Shown piece by piece: positions 30,895 to 40,559 of a DNA stretch of 64,000 nucleotides (its first letter is position 1; every line of letters begins with the position of its first letter). The notes below the pieces were generated by a model. The model had not been told where the DNA came from. It was given only the letters and a program-made list of their open reading frames with translations, and did no database searches. A program made the translations under genes and the position numbers. The stretch is from Bifidobacteriaceae bacterium (GTDB taxonomy: Bacteria > Actinomycetota > Actinomycetes > Actinomycetales > WQXJ01), in assembly GCA_031272885.1 (NCBI GenBank), contig JAISSX010000059.1:6021-70020 (forward strand), in the 5' to 3' direction.

Positions 30895-32760
30895 ATGCCT
30901 TACCCAACCCGTTTTCGCCGTCTCTTGACCCTTGGTGCGGTCACCGCCCTTGCGGTTGGCCTGCTGCCGGCCTGCTCGTCCGGCGGCGGTGGCACCAGTG
31001 CCAGTTCGACCCCGCCCGCCACCACACCGGCGGCCGATCCGGCCACTGAAGCGGCGGCCACCGAGGCCGCTGATCCCGCGACCGAGCCGGCTGACGAAGC
31101 TGCGGCCGACATCGTGATCAAGAACGCCACCGTCCAGACCATGGTGTCCGAGACCGACACGGCCGAAGCTGTCGCCATCCTCGGTGACACCATTGTCTAC
31201 GTGGGTGACGCGGCCGGCGTGGCCGCCTTCGAAGGCCCCAACACCCAGGTGATCGACCTGGGTGGCGGCATGCTGAGCCCCGGCTTCATGGACGGCCACA
31301 TCCACGTGCCGTCGAACTGGTTGGATCGATTGTTCGGCATTTCCCTGGAGGGGATCTACACCGAGGCGGAGTACCTGGACGCCATCGGGACCTTTGTCGA
31401 AGCCAACCCCGACCTGCCGGTCTACGTGGGTGCGCCCTTCATGCTGAACGCCTGGCAACTGGAGGATGGCTCCAATCCGGGACCGAACAAGGCCGGCTTG
31501 GATCAGATCACCACGGACAAACCGATCATCATCTATGACGTGGCCCACCACTCGATCTGGACCAACTCCAAGGGGCTGGAACTGGGCGGCGTGACCCGTG
31601 ACACCCCGGTGCCGGCGGGTGCCGCCATTGCCAAGGATGAGAATGGTGAACCGACCGGCTACCTGACCGACGCCGCCGCCACTTTGGTGACCGGCGCCAT
31701 CGACCTCAGCTACTCGGCCGATCAGCAGCGCGAGGCCATGATCGCCTTCCAAGAGGAGGCCAACTCAATGGGCATCACCGGCATCACCAACATCGTGGGG
31801 GCGCTGGGCGGCGAGTCGAACAACACCGACGTCTACGCTGGGCTGGACGCTGGAGGTGAGCTGACCCTGCGGCTGCGGATTGCCAACACCTTCTCTCCGG
31901 GCGCCACCGCCGAGGAAGCCATCGAGGTGGTGCGGGCCACGCAGGCCAACGACTCCGACATGGTGCGGGGTGGCACGGTCAAGCTGTTCTACGACGGCGT
32001 CACCGAATCCGGCACCGCCGTCATGACCGAGCCCTACCTGGAGGCGGCCGGCATGGGCGCGGACTGGTACGGCGAGCCGGTGTGGCCGGTGGAGGAGTTC
32101 GATGCCTTGGTGACGGCGCTGGATGCGGCCGGCATCCAGGTGCACGTGCACGCCATCGGCGACGGCGCGGTGCAGGCCACGCTGGATGCCTACGCCGGCG
32201 CCCAGGCGGCCAACGGTGAGCGCGATGCCCGCCACACGATTACCCACGTCTGCGCCATCCTGGCGGACGACATCGAGCGCATGGCCGAACTGAAGGTGGT
32301 GGCGGCGCTGCAGTTCCTGTGGATGTATGCCGATCCGCTGTATGAGTTGGAGGCGGCGTTCATTGGCCCCGAGCGGGCGCTGGCGATGTACCCCACCAAG
32401 GTGATGGCCGAAACCGGGGTGGTGATCTCGGGTGCATCGGATGCCCCGGTCACGCCCTATAACCCGCTGGAAGAGATTGAAGTTGGCGTGACCCGCAACA
32501 GCCCCTACGCGGGCGAGGAGGACACCGACATGTATCGGGCGGCCGATCAAGCGCTGTCGGCCTACCAGATGCTGCAGGCCTACACCACCAACGTGGCCTA
32601 CGAGAATTTCATGGATGACCTGGTGGGCACCATCGAGGTGGGCAAGAAGGCCGATCTGGTGGCGTTGGATCAGAACATCCTGACGATCGACCCGAAGCTG
32701 ATCTCCGACACCAAGGTGCTGTACACCATCTCCAACGGGAGGGTTGTCTACACCGGCTAA
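30895..32760 (+). CDS. Exported metal-dependent amidohydrolase (Amidohydro_3-type) lipoprotein
   Basis: Lipobox LLPACSSGG, Thr/Pro/Ala-rich linker, HxH metal motif GFMDGHIHV, 621 aa. Confidence 0.75.
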   Translation: MPYPTRFRRLLTLGAVTALAVGLLPACSSGGGGTSASSTPPATTPAADPATEAAATEAADPATEPADEAAADIVIKNATVQTMVSETDTAEAVAILGDTIVYVGDAAGVAAFEGPNTQVIDLGGGMLSPGFMDGHIHVPSNWLDRLFGISLEGIYTEAEYLDAIGTFVEANPDLPVYVGAPFMLNAWQLEDGSNPGPNKAGLDQITTDKPIIIYDVAHHSIWTNSKGLELGGVTRDTPVPAGAAIAKDENGEPTGYLTDAAATLVTGAIDLSYSADQQREAMIAFQEEANSMGITGITNIVGALGGESNNTDVYAGLDAGGELTLRLRIANTFSPGATAEEAIEVVRATQANDSDMVRGGTVKLFYDGVTESGTAVMTEPYLEAAGMGADWYGEPVWPVEEFDALVTALDAAGIQVHVHAIGDGAVQATLDAYAGAQAANGERDARHTITHVCAILADDIERMAELKVVAALQFLWMYADPLYELEAAFIGPERALAMYPTKVMAETGVVISGASDAPVTPYNPLEEIEVGVTRNSPYAGEEDTDMYRAADQALSAYQMLQAYTTNVAYENFMDDLVGTIEVGKKADLVALDQNILTIDPKLISDTKVLYTISNGRVVYTG

Positions 32761-32786
32761 CAACCCTTCCCCCCTCCCCCCGTCCT

Positions 32787-32902
32787 CCCCCCTCGCGAGA
32801 GTACGGTTATGTAGGCGTTTCGCTCAGAGTGAAACACGTTTCCGCAGGTCACAGCGTTGCATGATTTTGCCCGGGCTACACAACCGTACTCTCGCGAGGG
32901 GG
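32787..32902. mobile_element. MITE-like palindromic element, family A, copy 1
   Basis: 27-bp terminal inverted repeats with one mismatch, ccccctcgcgagagtacggttatgtag / ctacacaaccgtactctcgcgaggggg. The 59-nt core matches the reverse complement of the core at 40456-40514 (3 mismatches). C-run and G-run flanks. Confidence 0.75.
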
Positions 32903-34156
32903 AAGGGGCTGGCCGGAGCGGTAGACCTCCATGGGGTTGAGGTCCGTGTCGGCCAGCACCAGGTCCGCCCGCTTGCCGGCCGCGAGCGAGCCCACCTCGG
33001 TGTCGATACCCAAGACTCGAGCGGGCGTCAACGATGCCGCCCGCACCGCCGCTGTCAGCGACACGCCCGCCTTCTTCACCGTCACCCGCAGCACGTCAAT
33101 CAGGTGGGCGGTACCGCCGGCGATGGCGCCCCCCTCCGTCAGGTGGGCCACGCCATCGGATACCGTCACCGCCATGGGGCCAAGGCGATACTGCCCGTCC
33201 GGCATGCCGGCCGCCGCCATCGCATCCGTCACCAGCGCGACAGAGCCGGGAGCGGCGATGCGGAAAACCTCGCTGACCGTGTGCGGGTCCAGGTGGACGC
33301 CATCGGCCACCAGTTCCACCACCATGCAGCCGGCCGATGCCTGTGCCAGGGCCTCCAAGACCGGGCCCGGGTCGCGGTGGTGGACCGGGCGCATGCCGTT
33401 GAACAGGTGGGTGGCGGTGGGCCGGCGGGACCGTCCCACGCCATCGGCCACCGCCTGGGCCAGCCAACTGTAGGCCTGGCGCACCGCCCAGCCCATCTCT
33501 TCAGCCGAACAGTCGGTGTGGCCAAACGACGGCACCGCTCCCACCTGGCACAGCATCTCGGTGACCGAGCGTTCGGCGCCATCGTGGAAGACCGCGCCTG
33601 GGATCTCGGGGGCCAGGGTCATGGTGGCGAAGAAGCCGCGGCCGGCCTCCGCCACTTCGAGGACCAGCAGTGGATCGGGCCGGGCCATCTTGGTGGGGTC
33701 TTGGGCGCCGCAGCGAGCAGGCGACAGGAACGGGCCCTCCAGGTGGATGCCAGCCAGTTCGCCGGCCTCGGCCAGGTCCGCCAGCAGGCCGGTCTGCTGC
33801 ACCAGCGCCGCCTTCGTGTCCGTCACCAGCGACGCCACCAGTGAAGTGGTGCCGTGGCGGCGGTGTTCCAGCACAGCCACCAGGGCATCGGCCTTGGAGC
33901 GGGCGTCCGGGAAGGACTGGCCGCCGCCGCCATGGCAGTGAATGTCTACCAGACCAGGCAGGATGTAGCCGCCGGACCAACGCCGCGCCCCCGCCACCAC
34001 ATCAACGTAGCGGGCGGGCACGTCCCGCAGCTTGGCCGGCCCCACCCATTTGATGCGGTCGCCCTGTACCACCACCGCGCCATCGGGCTCCATGTCGTCC
34101 GGCAGCACCAGGGCGCCGCGCAGGGCCCAAGTTTGGGGGGTCTCGTCACCGGTCAC
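32876..34156 (-). CDS. nagA: N-acetylglucosamine-6-phosphate deacetylase
   Basis: GLVDIHCHGGGGQSF, GTTSLVASLVT, GKRADLVL. GTG start. The last ~9 codons (PPRESTVV) and the stop are encoded by the right arm of the family-A element. Confidence 0.85.
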   Translation of the reverse strand: MTGDETPQTWALRGALVLPDDMEPDGAVVVQGDRIKWVGPAKLRDVPARYVDVVAGARRWSGGYILPGLVDIHCHGGGGQSFPDARSKADALVAVLEHRRHGTTSLVASLVTDTKAALVQQTGLLADLAEAGELAGIHLEGPFLSPARCGAQDPTKMARPDPLLVLEVAEAGRGFFATMTLAPEIPGAVFHDGAERSVTEMLCQVGAVPSFGHTDCSAEEMGWAVRQAYSWLAQAVADGVGRSRRPTATHLFNGMRPVHHRDPGPVLEALAQASAGCMVVELVADGVHLDPHTVSEVFRIAAPGSVALVTDAMAAAGMPDGQYRLGPMAVTVSDGVAHLTEGGAIAGGTAHLIDVLRVTVKKAGVSLTAAVRAASLTPARVLGIDTEVGSLAAGKRADLVLADTDLNPMEVYRSGQPLPPRESTVV

Positions 34157-34197
34157 GGGTGAATTGTCTCAGAGGTGGCCGATGGCGTGTTAACACA

Positions 34198-34244
34198 CCG
34201 GAGGGCGCGGCCACAGGGATTGTCCCTGCCGCCGCGCCCTCCGG
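34198..34244 (-). terminator. Hairpin downstream of pckG
   Basis: Perfect 14-bp stem ccggagggcgcggc / gccgcgccctccgg enclosing an inner stem caggga/tccctg. The minus-strand tail tgtgttaacac is only weakly U-rich. Confidence 0.5.
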
Positions 34245-34256
34245 GCTGTTGATCGG

Positions 34257-36110
34257 TTACGCCTGGGCGGCGATCAGACGCTCGCGCAGGGCGGCCAACT
34301 GCTCGGTCAACTCGACCGGCAGGCGCTCGCCGAACTGCTTGAAGTACTCCTCCGTCAGATCGGCCTCGGCCAGCCAGGCGGCCGGGTCGATGGCGAACAG
34401 TTGCGCCAGGACGTCATCGGACAGGCCCAAGCCTTCCACGTCGAACTCGCCGATCACCGGCAGTTGGCCGATGGGCGTCTTCTGCGCGCCGGCCTCGCCC
34501 AGGACGCGGGCCACCGCCCACGCCAGGACGCGCGAGTTCTCGCCGTAGCCCGGCCACAGGAACTTGCCGTCCGGGCCCTTGCGGAACCAGTTGACCTGGA
34601 AGATGCGCGGCGCCTTGTCGCCCAGCAGCTTGCCCATGTGCAGCCAGTGGGCCCAGTAGTCACCCATGTTGTAGCCGCAGAACGGCAGCATGGCGAACGG
34701 GTCGCGGCGCAGGGCGCCAACGGCGCCTTCGGCCGCGGCGGTCTGCTCCGACGAGACGGTGGCGCCGATGAACACGCCGTGCTCCCAGTTCAGGGACTGG
34801 TTGACCACCGGCACGTTGGTGGCGCGGCGGCCACCGAACAGGATGATGTCCACCGGCACGCCGCGCGGATCATCGAACTCGGGCGCAATGATGGGGCACT
34901 GCGCGGCCGGGGCCGTGAAACGGCTGTTGGGGTGCGAGGACGGGGTCTCCGAAGCCGGGGTCCAGTCCTGTCCACGCCAGTCGATCAGGTGGGCCGGCGG
35001 CTCATCCGTCATGCCTTCCCACCAAACGTCGCCATCATCGGTCAGGGCCACGTTGGTGAAGATCGTGTTTTCAAGCATGGAGAGCATGGCGTTCTTGTTG
35101 GTCTCCATGGAGGTGCCGGGGGCCACGCCGAAGAAGCCGGCCTCCGGGTTGATGGCGTACAGCCGGCCGTCCGGGCCGGGGCGCATCCAGGCGATGTCGT
35201 CCCCAACCGTCTCCACCTTCCAACCCGGGATGGTGGGCACCAGCATGGCCAGGTTGGTCTTGCCGCAGGCGCTGGGGAAGGCGGCCGTCACCACGGAGGT
35301 CTTACCCTCGGGGCTGGTCAGCTTCAGGATCAGCATGTGCTCGGCCATCCAGTCGTTGTCCCGCGCCATGACGGAGGCGATACGCAGGGCGTAGCACTTC
35401 TTGCCCAGCAGGGCGTTGCCGCCGTAGCCGGAGCCATAGGACCAGATTTCGCGGGTCTCCGGGAAGTGCGTGATGTACTTCTCGTCGTTGCAGGGCCAGC
35501 GCACGTCCGGCCGCTCGTTGCCGTCCGCGTCCACCAGCGGGTAGCCCACCGAGTGGACGGCTGGCACAAAGTCGACATCTTCCGTGATCAGGTCGAGGGC
35601 GGCCTTGCCCATGCGGGTCATGATCTTCATGGAGATGACCACGTAGGGCGAGTCGGTGATTTCGATGCCCAGCTTCGAGATGTCGCCGCCCAGCGGACCC
35701 ATGGAGAACGGCACCACGTACATGGTGCGGCCGCGCATGGAGCCGGTGAAGACCTTGTCCAGGGTCTTGCGCATCTCGGCCGGATCGGCCCAGTTGTTGG
35801 TAGGACCGGCGTCGATTTCTTTCTCCGAGCAGATGAACGTGCGGGATTCGACCCGGGCCACGTCACTGGGTTCCGACCGGGCCAGGAACGAGTTGGGGCG
35901 CTTGGCCGGGTTCAATCGGATCAGCGTGCCGGAGGCGACCATCTGGTCGGTGAGGCGCTTCCACTCCTCCTCTGAGCCGTCCGCCCACACGATGTCAGTG
36001 GGTTGCGTCTTGGCGGCAACCTGGGCGACCCATTCGATCAGTTTCGCGTTGGTGGTGGGTGCAGCCGCGGCGATGGCGGCTACGGAGGTGTCTGCAATGG
36101 GAATGGCCAT
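34257..36110 (-). CDS. pckG: Phosphoenolpyruvate carboxykinase (GTP)
   Basis: 617 aa. [34 protein letters not shown] (kinase-1a), [16 protein letters not shown]. Confidence 0.95.
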   Translation of the reverse strand: MAIPIADTSVAAIAAAAPTTNAKLIEWVAQVAAKTQPTDIVWADGSEEEWKRLTDQMVASGTLIRLNPAKRPNSFLARSEPSDVARVESRTFICSEKEIDAGPTNNWADPAEMRKTLDKVFTGSMRGRTMYVVPFSMGPLGGDISKLGIEITDSPYVVISMKIMTRMGKAALDLITEDVDFVPAVHSVGYPLVDADGNERPDVRWPCNDEKYITHFPETREIWSYGSGYGGNALLGKKCYALRIASVMARDNDWMAEHMLILKLTSPEGKTSVVTAAFPSACGKTNLAMLVPTIPGWKVETVGDDIAWMRPGPDGRLYAINPEAGFFGVAPGTSMETNKNAMLSMLENTIFTNVALTDDGDVWWEGMTDEPPAHLIDWRGQDWTPASETPSSHPNSRFTAPAAQCPIIAPEFDDPRGVPVDIILFGGRRATNVPVVNQSLNWEHGVFIGATVSSEQTAAAEGAVGALRRDPFAMLPFCGYNMGDYWAHWLHMGKLLGDKAPRIFQVNWFRKGPDGKFLWPGYGENSRVLAWAVARVLGEAGAQKTPIGQLPVIGEFDVEGLGLSDDVLAQLFAIDPAAWLAEADLTEEYFKQFGERLPVELTEQLAALRERLIAAQA

Positions 36111-36422
36111 ATCCTTTTGTTCCCCTTCTCGTTTGTTGCTGGCGAAGGCGGCGCCACCGCCATGGGCTGAGACGTCTGGACCTGGGGGTCGGTTGGCTGA
36201 CCGCCTTCCGGCCGCTGGCGCACGCGGTCACCAAGCTTATCCGGCTTGGCGGCTGGCCGCCCCAGGCTTCGGCGCTTGGTCCTGCTTAACAGGGTAGTAG
36301 GCCTACCTGGGCGCCGGCTGGGCGGTTGGTTGGGACCCGCTTGGGGCCTGGGGGGATGCGTCTGGGCGCAGGCCCGGCCGCTCTTCGCCGCTGCCGGCCG
36401 CAGCCGCCCGCAGCCGGCCGGG

Positions 36423-36806
36423 TCAGCGTTCGTAGGTGAAGTCGAGTTTGATCCGGTCGCCTCGGAAGACGATCCGTGAGTACTTGAACGCCTGGCCCGA
36501 GACATCGCGGATGGTGTCCGACAGGATCATTACCGGGCTGGATGGGCGTACGGCCAGGCGCCGGGCCTCTTCGACCCCAGCCAGGGAGGCCTCAAGCTGT
36601 TCGCTGACTGATTTCATGACCAGGCCGTAGACGCTCTCCAACACCACGCAGAGTTGCTCGTTGACGAGGTCGTGGCTGGACAGGTCTGGTGCCAAGTCGG
36701 TTGGCACCCATGAGCGGTGGACCGAGATTGGGTCGTCGCCCGCGTAACGCACCCGCACGATGGCGGTGACTTCTTCCGTTGAGCCGAGGCCGAGAGATTC
36801 GGCCAC
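36423..36806 (-). pseudogene. GntR/HutC-family regulator remnant: C-terminal half of the UTRA domain only, no wHTH
   Basis: ...VRVRYAGDDPISVHRSWVPTDLAPDL...EEARRLAVRPSSPVMILSDTIRDVSGQAFKYSRIVFRGDRIKLDF is UTRA-like. An in-frame TAG lies about 30 nt upstream of the first possible start, so roughly 120 N-terminal residues are missing. Confidence 0.6.
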
Positions 36807-37518
36807 CAGGGTGGTGACAGGCGGTGAGGCCGCCCGCTACGTGGAGGAAAACTCGCGCGGACAAGAAGACAGGTTCTATATCCTCCCGTGCGTCGAGTCG
36901 TTCTTCGCCCCGGACACCTACCGGATTGGCCGGGCGCCGGAACGCCTGACCGAGGAACTGGAGCATTTCCGGCCGAAGGGGTTCAACCACTACGAGGCGC
37001 CCTGGCACAACGGCAGTTGGTTCCTGTCTGACGAAGGCTTGGCCTATTTCAAGGTGGCGGCGGAGTGGAACCAAATTGTCTCCATTCACGTTGAACACCA
37101 CCACCTGCCGTCACTGCGCAAGGTGGCAGAGATGTTCCCCAACACCCCGTTCCTACTGCACCACATGGGTTTCCCCACCAACGCGGACAACGGCGAGACC
37201 ATCTCTACGGCCGAGGTCCTGGCTTGCGCCGAACTGCCCAACATGCATGTCAAAGTGTTTGGGTTCGACATTGGTTCGGCCCGGCCGTGGGACTACCCGT
37301 ATCCGAAGCTGCTGAAGGTGCTGGCCGATTACGTGCCCGCCTTTGGGCCGGAACGGTTGCATTGGGGTTCCAACTTCCCGATCTGTGCTTCGGCCATGAC
37401 TTATCGCCAGTCCTTGGAGGGCGTGCGGGAACACTGGCCTGAGTCCGTGGATGAGGCCGCGGCGGCGCTGATCATGGGAGAGTTCCTGATGACACTGCTA
37501 GAGGCGGCTGGCCGGTAG
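36760..37518 (+). pseudogene. Amidohydrolase_2-type TIM-barrel hydrolase lacking its N-terminal metal-binding (HxH) segment
   Basis: WNQIVSIHVEHHHLPSLRKVAEMFPNTPFLLHHMGFP, VKVFGF and RLHWGSNFP resemble the middle and C-terminus of Amidohydro_2 proteins. Recognisable similarity begins around 36830. The first 15 codons overlap the UTRA remnant. Confidence 0.5.
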
Positions 37519-37652
37519 CAGGCGGTTGGCCCAGGGTTTGGGCGGGTGGTTGGGCCGCCTGGTTTAGGCGGGCGGCCGCCATCGGGCACCGGCGCCAGGC
37601 GAGGCGGCGCGGTTGGCCGCGCGATAGCGTCCTGAGCGAAGCGGATACAAAG

Positions 37653-37658
37653 TATAAT
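37653..37658 (+). promoter_or_regulatory. TATAAT -10 box giving a probable leaderless hipB transcript
   Basis: Perfect TATAAT 7 nt upstream of the hipB ATG (37666). No Shine-Dalgarno sequence between them. Confidence 0.45.
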
Positions 37659-37665
37659 AGTTCCC

Positions 37666-38001
37666 ATGGAGACTGTAACAGAGAGGCGGCCGCTCTCCCT
37701 GCCGGCGCAGCGCGCCATCCGCAAGTTGGGCGCGGACATCTCGCTGGCCCGGCGGCGGCGGCACTTCTCCCAGGCCTCGCTGGCTGAGCGCATGGGTGCG
37801 TCGCTGTCAACCGTGCGACGCATGGAGAAAGGGGACGAACGCGTTCCCATTCACTTCTACGCCCGGGCGCTGCAGGTCTTCGGCCAGCTCCAGGCCTTAG
37901 CCGACCTGCTGGATTCAGGCCAGGACGAGATTGGGCTGGCTCTAGCCGACGAACAACTGCCCAAGCGCATCAGGCCCTCCCGAGCCAAGGCAGGTTGGTA
38001 A
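37666..38001 (+). CDS. hipB: XRE-family HTH antitoxin (HipB-like)
   Basis: HTH RRRRHFSQASLAERMGASLSTVRRMEKGDERV. Its stop overlaps the hipA ATG (TAATG). Confidence 0.8.
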   Translation: METVTERRPLSLPAQRAIRKLGADISLARRRRHFSQASLAERMGASLSTVRRMEKGDERVPIHFYARALQVFGQLQALADLLDSGQDEIGLALADEQLPKRIRPSRAKAGW

Positions 38002-39287
38002 TGGCCGCCTCCGCCACCAGACAGGTGGTCGAAGTCTGTTTGGGGGCCCAGGCGGTCCCGGTCGGTTCGCTGACCTATGCCCTCCAGGGGCGCCGCGAGT
38101 ACAGCGCGTTTTCCTATGATGGCGGCTGGTTGAGCAGGCCAGATGGGTTCAATGTCTCGGCCGACTTGCAGTTCTTGCCGGGCTATCAGCCACACAAGGC
38201 GGCCACAGAGCGCGATTCGGTATTCTTCGGCGCCCTGGCAGACACGGAACCGGACACTTGGGGGAGGCGGGTGATTGCCCGCGCCCACGCCAAGCGACGG
38301 GCCCAGGACGCTAGCCTGGGGCCCCTGACCGAGATCGACCACCTGTTAGCGGTGGATGACTTCAGTCGTGTGGGCGCCCTCCGCCTGCGGGTGGCGGGAG
38401 GTTCATTCCGCGACACGGCCGCCGAGGGTCGCCGCCGCACGCCGCCACTGTTGGAACTGGCCAAGATCATACGGGCCAGTCAACTGGTCGAGGCCGGGCA
38501 GGAAACGGCCGAGGATCTGCGCTACCTCCAGGGCAAGGGCACATCTTTGGGTGGCATGCGGCCCAAGTGCACGCTGATCGACCGAGACGGTGGTCTCGCC
38601 ATCGGCAAGTTCCCCAGCGTGGGGGACCAACGCGAGGTGACGCGGGCCGAGGTCCTGGCGCTGCGTCTGGCCCGCCTGGCCGGTGTCGACGCGGCTCAGG
38701 CCAGGCTGGAACTGGTGGGGGAGTCACCTGTGGCGATCATCCGTCGGTTCGACCGCACTGCCGATGGCGGCCGGATCCCCTATCAATCGGCGGCCAGCTG
38801 GTTGGCGGCGCCAAGGGACGATGAACGCAGCTACGGTGAGATTGCCGATGCTCTGCGAGCCCACGGCCAAGTGCCGGTCGAGGACTGCCGGCAACTCTGG
38901 CGCCGCCTCGCTCTTAACCTGTTGATCACCAATGTTGACGATCACCTGCTGAACATGGGTTTCCTGCATGTGGCCAATGGACAATGGCGGCTGGCCCCTG
39001 CCTTCGACTTGAATCCCTTCCCGGACAAGGCCGCTGAGTCCAAGACCTGGCTGACCGAGGAGGACGGCCCGGTCAGCGACGTTGGCATGTTGTTGGGGCG
39101 AGCCGCTCTGTTTGACTTGACGGCCGATATGGCCCGATTGGCGCTTGGCCAGGTTGTCGCTGCCGTGGGGCAGTGGCGTACCGTGGCGCTGAGCCGGAAG
39201 GTGGGCCTTACACCGGCTGACCTGGACGAACTGACGCCGGCTTTCGATCACAACCGGCTGCGGGAGGCCGTGGCCGCCATCGGGTAG
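38001..39287 (+). CDS. hipA: HipA-family serine/threonine kinase toxin
   Basis: GKGTSLGGMRPKCTLIDRDGGLAIGKFPS, NLLITNVDDHLLNMGFLH, AFDLNP. Confidence 0.9.
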   Translation: MAASATRQVVEVCLGAQAVPVGSLTYALQGRREYSAFSYDGGWLSRPDGFNVSADLQFLPGYQPHKAATERDSVFFGALADTEPDTWGRRVIARAHAKRRAQDASLGPLTEIDHLLAVDDFSRVGALRLRVAGGSFRDTAAEGRRRTPPLLELAKIIRASQLVEAGQETAEDLRYLQGKGTSLGGMRPKCTLIDRDGGLAIGKFPSVGDQREVTRAEVLALRLARLAGVDAAQARLELVGESPVAIIRRFDRTADGGRIPYQSAASWLAAPRDDERSYGEIADALRAHGQVPVEDCRQLWRRLALNLLITNVDDHLLNMGFLHVANGQWRLAPAFDLNPFPDKAAESKTWLTEEDGPVSDVGMLLGRAALFDLTADMARLALGQVVAAVGQWRTVALSRKVGLTPADLDELTPAFDHNRLREAVAAIG

Positions 39288-39317
39288 GTTGGTCGGCCTG
39301 GCCTGCGTGCAACGAGG

Positions 39318-39335
39318 CGAGAGATCGATTACTCT
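39318..39335. promoter_or_regulatory. LacI-type operator (site 1) upstream of the LacI gene
   Basis: cGAGAGATCGATTACTCt. Same CG-centred 18-mer as the sites at 50062, 50139, 53607 and 53682. Confidence 0.6.
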
Positions 39336-39389
39336 TGTTTCTGTAACCCGTTCCCACCCGTTCTTTGCGCCCAAGATTCGGAGGCCCCG

Positions 39390-40403
39390 GTGGCAGCAAG
39401 AGGCAGTACCCGCCGGGTGACCATTCACGATGTCGCGGCCGCCGCCGGCGTTTCATCCGCCACTGCGTCGCGGGTAGTCAACGGCGTGCCCACCGTGGAC
39501 CCGGAACTGGCCCGCCGCGTCTACGAAGCCATCGAAGCCTCCGGCTACGTGCTCAACCCGACCGCCCGGGCGCTGCGCCGCAGCGTCACCAGTTCGTGGC
39601 GGGTCATCATCCCTGACCTGCAGAATCCCTTCTTCATCGCCGTGGTGTCATCCCTGGAGGAGGCCGCCGGGCGGCACGGCTATTCGATCGTCTTGTCCAA
39701 CTCCGATGAGCGCTTGGACCGCGAACGCGAAGCGATTGAGGCGGCCGTGGCCGAACGAGTGGCGGGCGTGGTATTGGCGGTGGTGTCCGAGATCAAGTCA
39801 GATATTTCCCCGCTCACCCGGGCCGGCATTCCGGTGGTGCTGGTTGACCGGCGCACCAAGGCGTTCGATGGCGATGCCGTGTTTGTGGACAACCGCCTGA
39901 CCGGCGTTATTGCGGCGCAACACTTGATTCAGCGGGGCCGGCGGCGGCTGGCCTGCATTGCCGGCCGGGTTGACGTGACCGCCACGGAAGACCGGCTGTC
40001 CGGCTTCCGCGAAACCCTGGAGGCGGCCGGCATCGGGCTGCCGGACGAATACGTCTGCCGGTCTGACCGGCGCGTGGAGTCCGGTCAAGAGTCGCTCCAA
40101 TCACTCATGTCGCTGCCTCAGCCGCCGGACGCCCTGTATGTCACCAACGAACCGCTGACGGCTGGCGTGTTCCAGGCCGCCCAACAGTTGGGCATCGCCA
40201 TTCCGGAAGACTTGGCGCTGGTGGGCACCGATGACAACGCCTGGATGCGCATGGTGCGCCCCCAGGTCACCACGGTGCTGCAGCCGGCCAAGCGGATCGG
40301 CTGGCTGGCCGGCGAAATGATCGCCGCCCGCGCCAGTGGCGGCACGGTGGCCGGCGGCCTGGTCACCCTGATGCCCACCCTCGAAGCCCGCGAATCCTCC
40401 TGA
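39390..40403 (+). CDS. LacI-family transcriptional regulator
   Basis: GTG start with GGAGG 6 nt upstream. VTIHDVAAAAGVSSATASRVVNG HTH plus a periplasmic-binding-protein-like sugar-binding fold. Confidence 0.9.
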   Translation: MAARGSTRRVTIHDVAAAAGVSSATASRVVNGVPTVDPELARRVYEAIEASGYVLNPTARALRRSVTSSWRVIIPDLQNPFFIAVVSSLEEAAGRHGYSIVLSNSDERLDREREAIEAAVAERVAGVVLAVVSEIKSDISPLTRAGIPVVLVDRRTKAFDGDAVFVDNRLTGVIAAQHLIQRGRRRLACIAGRVDVTATEDRLSGFRETLEAAGIGLPDEYVCRSDRRVESGQESLQSLMSLPQPPDALYVTNEPLTAGVFQAAQQLGIAIPEDLALVGTDDNAWMRMVRPQVTTVLQPAKRIGWLAGEMIAARASGGTVAGGLVTLMPTLEARESS

Positions 40404-40427
40404 CCCCCCGGTCGCCATCGGCCACCC

Positions 40428-40546
40428 ACCCTCTCGCGAGAGTACGGTTATGTAGGCCGGGCAAGATCACGCAACGCTGTGACCTGCGGAAACGTGCTTC
40501 ACTCTGAGCGAAACGCCTACACAACCGTACTTTCGCGAGGGGGGAT
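40428..40546. mobile_element. MITE-like palindromic element, family A, copy 2 (core inverted relative to copy 1)
   Basis: ccctctcgcgagagtacggttatgtagg ... cctacacaaccgtactttcgcgagggggg. Lies between the convergent LacI gene and the 1171-aa gene. Confidence 0.75.
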
Positions 40547-40559
40547 GGGATGGGGGCGG

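Noticed and set aside
32787-40546. Core-only inversion of the family-A element, as an invertible switch. Both copies keep ttAtgtag on the left and ctacaCaa on the right while the core is flipped.
   Set aside because: The inference rests on a single informative TIR polymorphism. A crossover would have to fall within about 6 bp. Whole-element insertion in the opposite orientation plus two substitutions explains it equally well. It is noted only as something a larger copy set could test.
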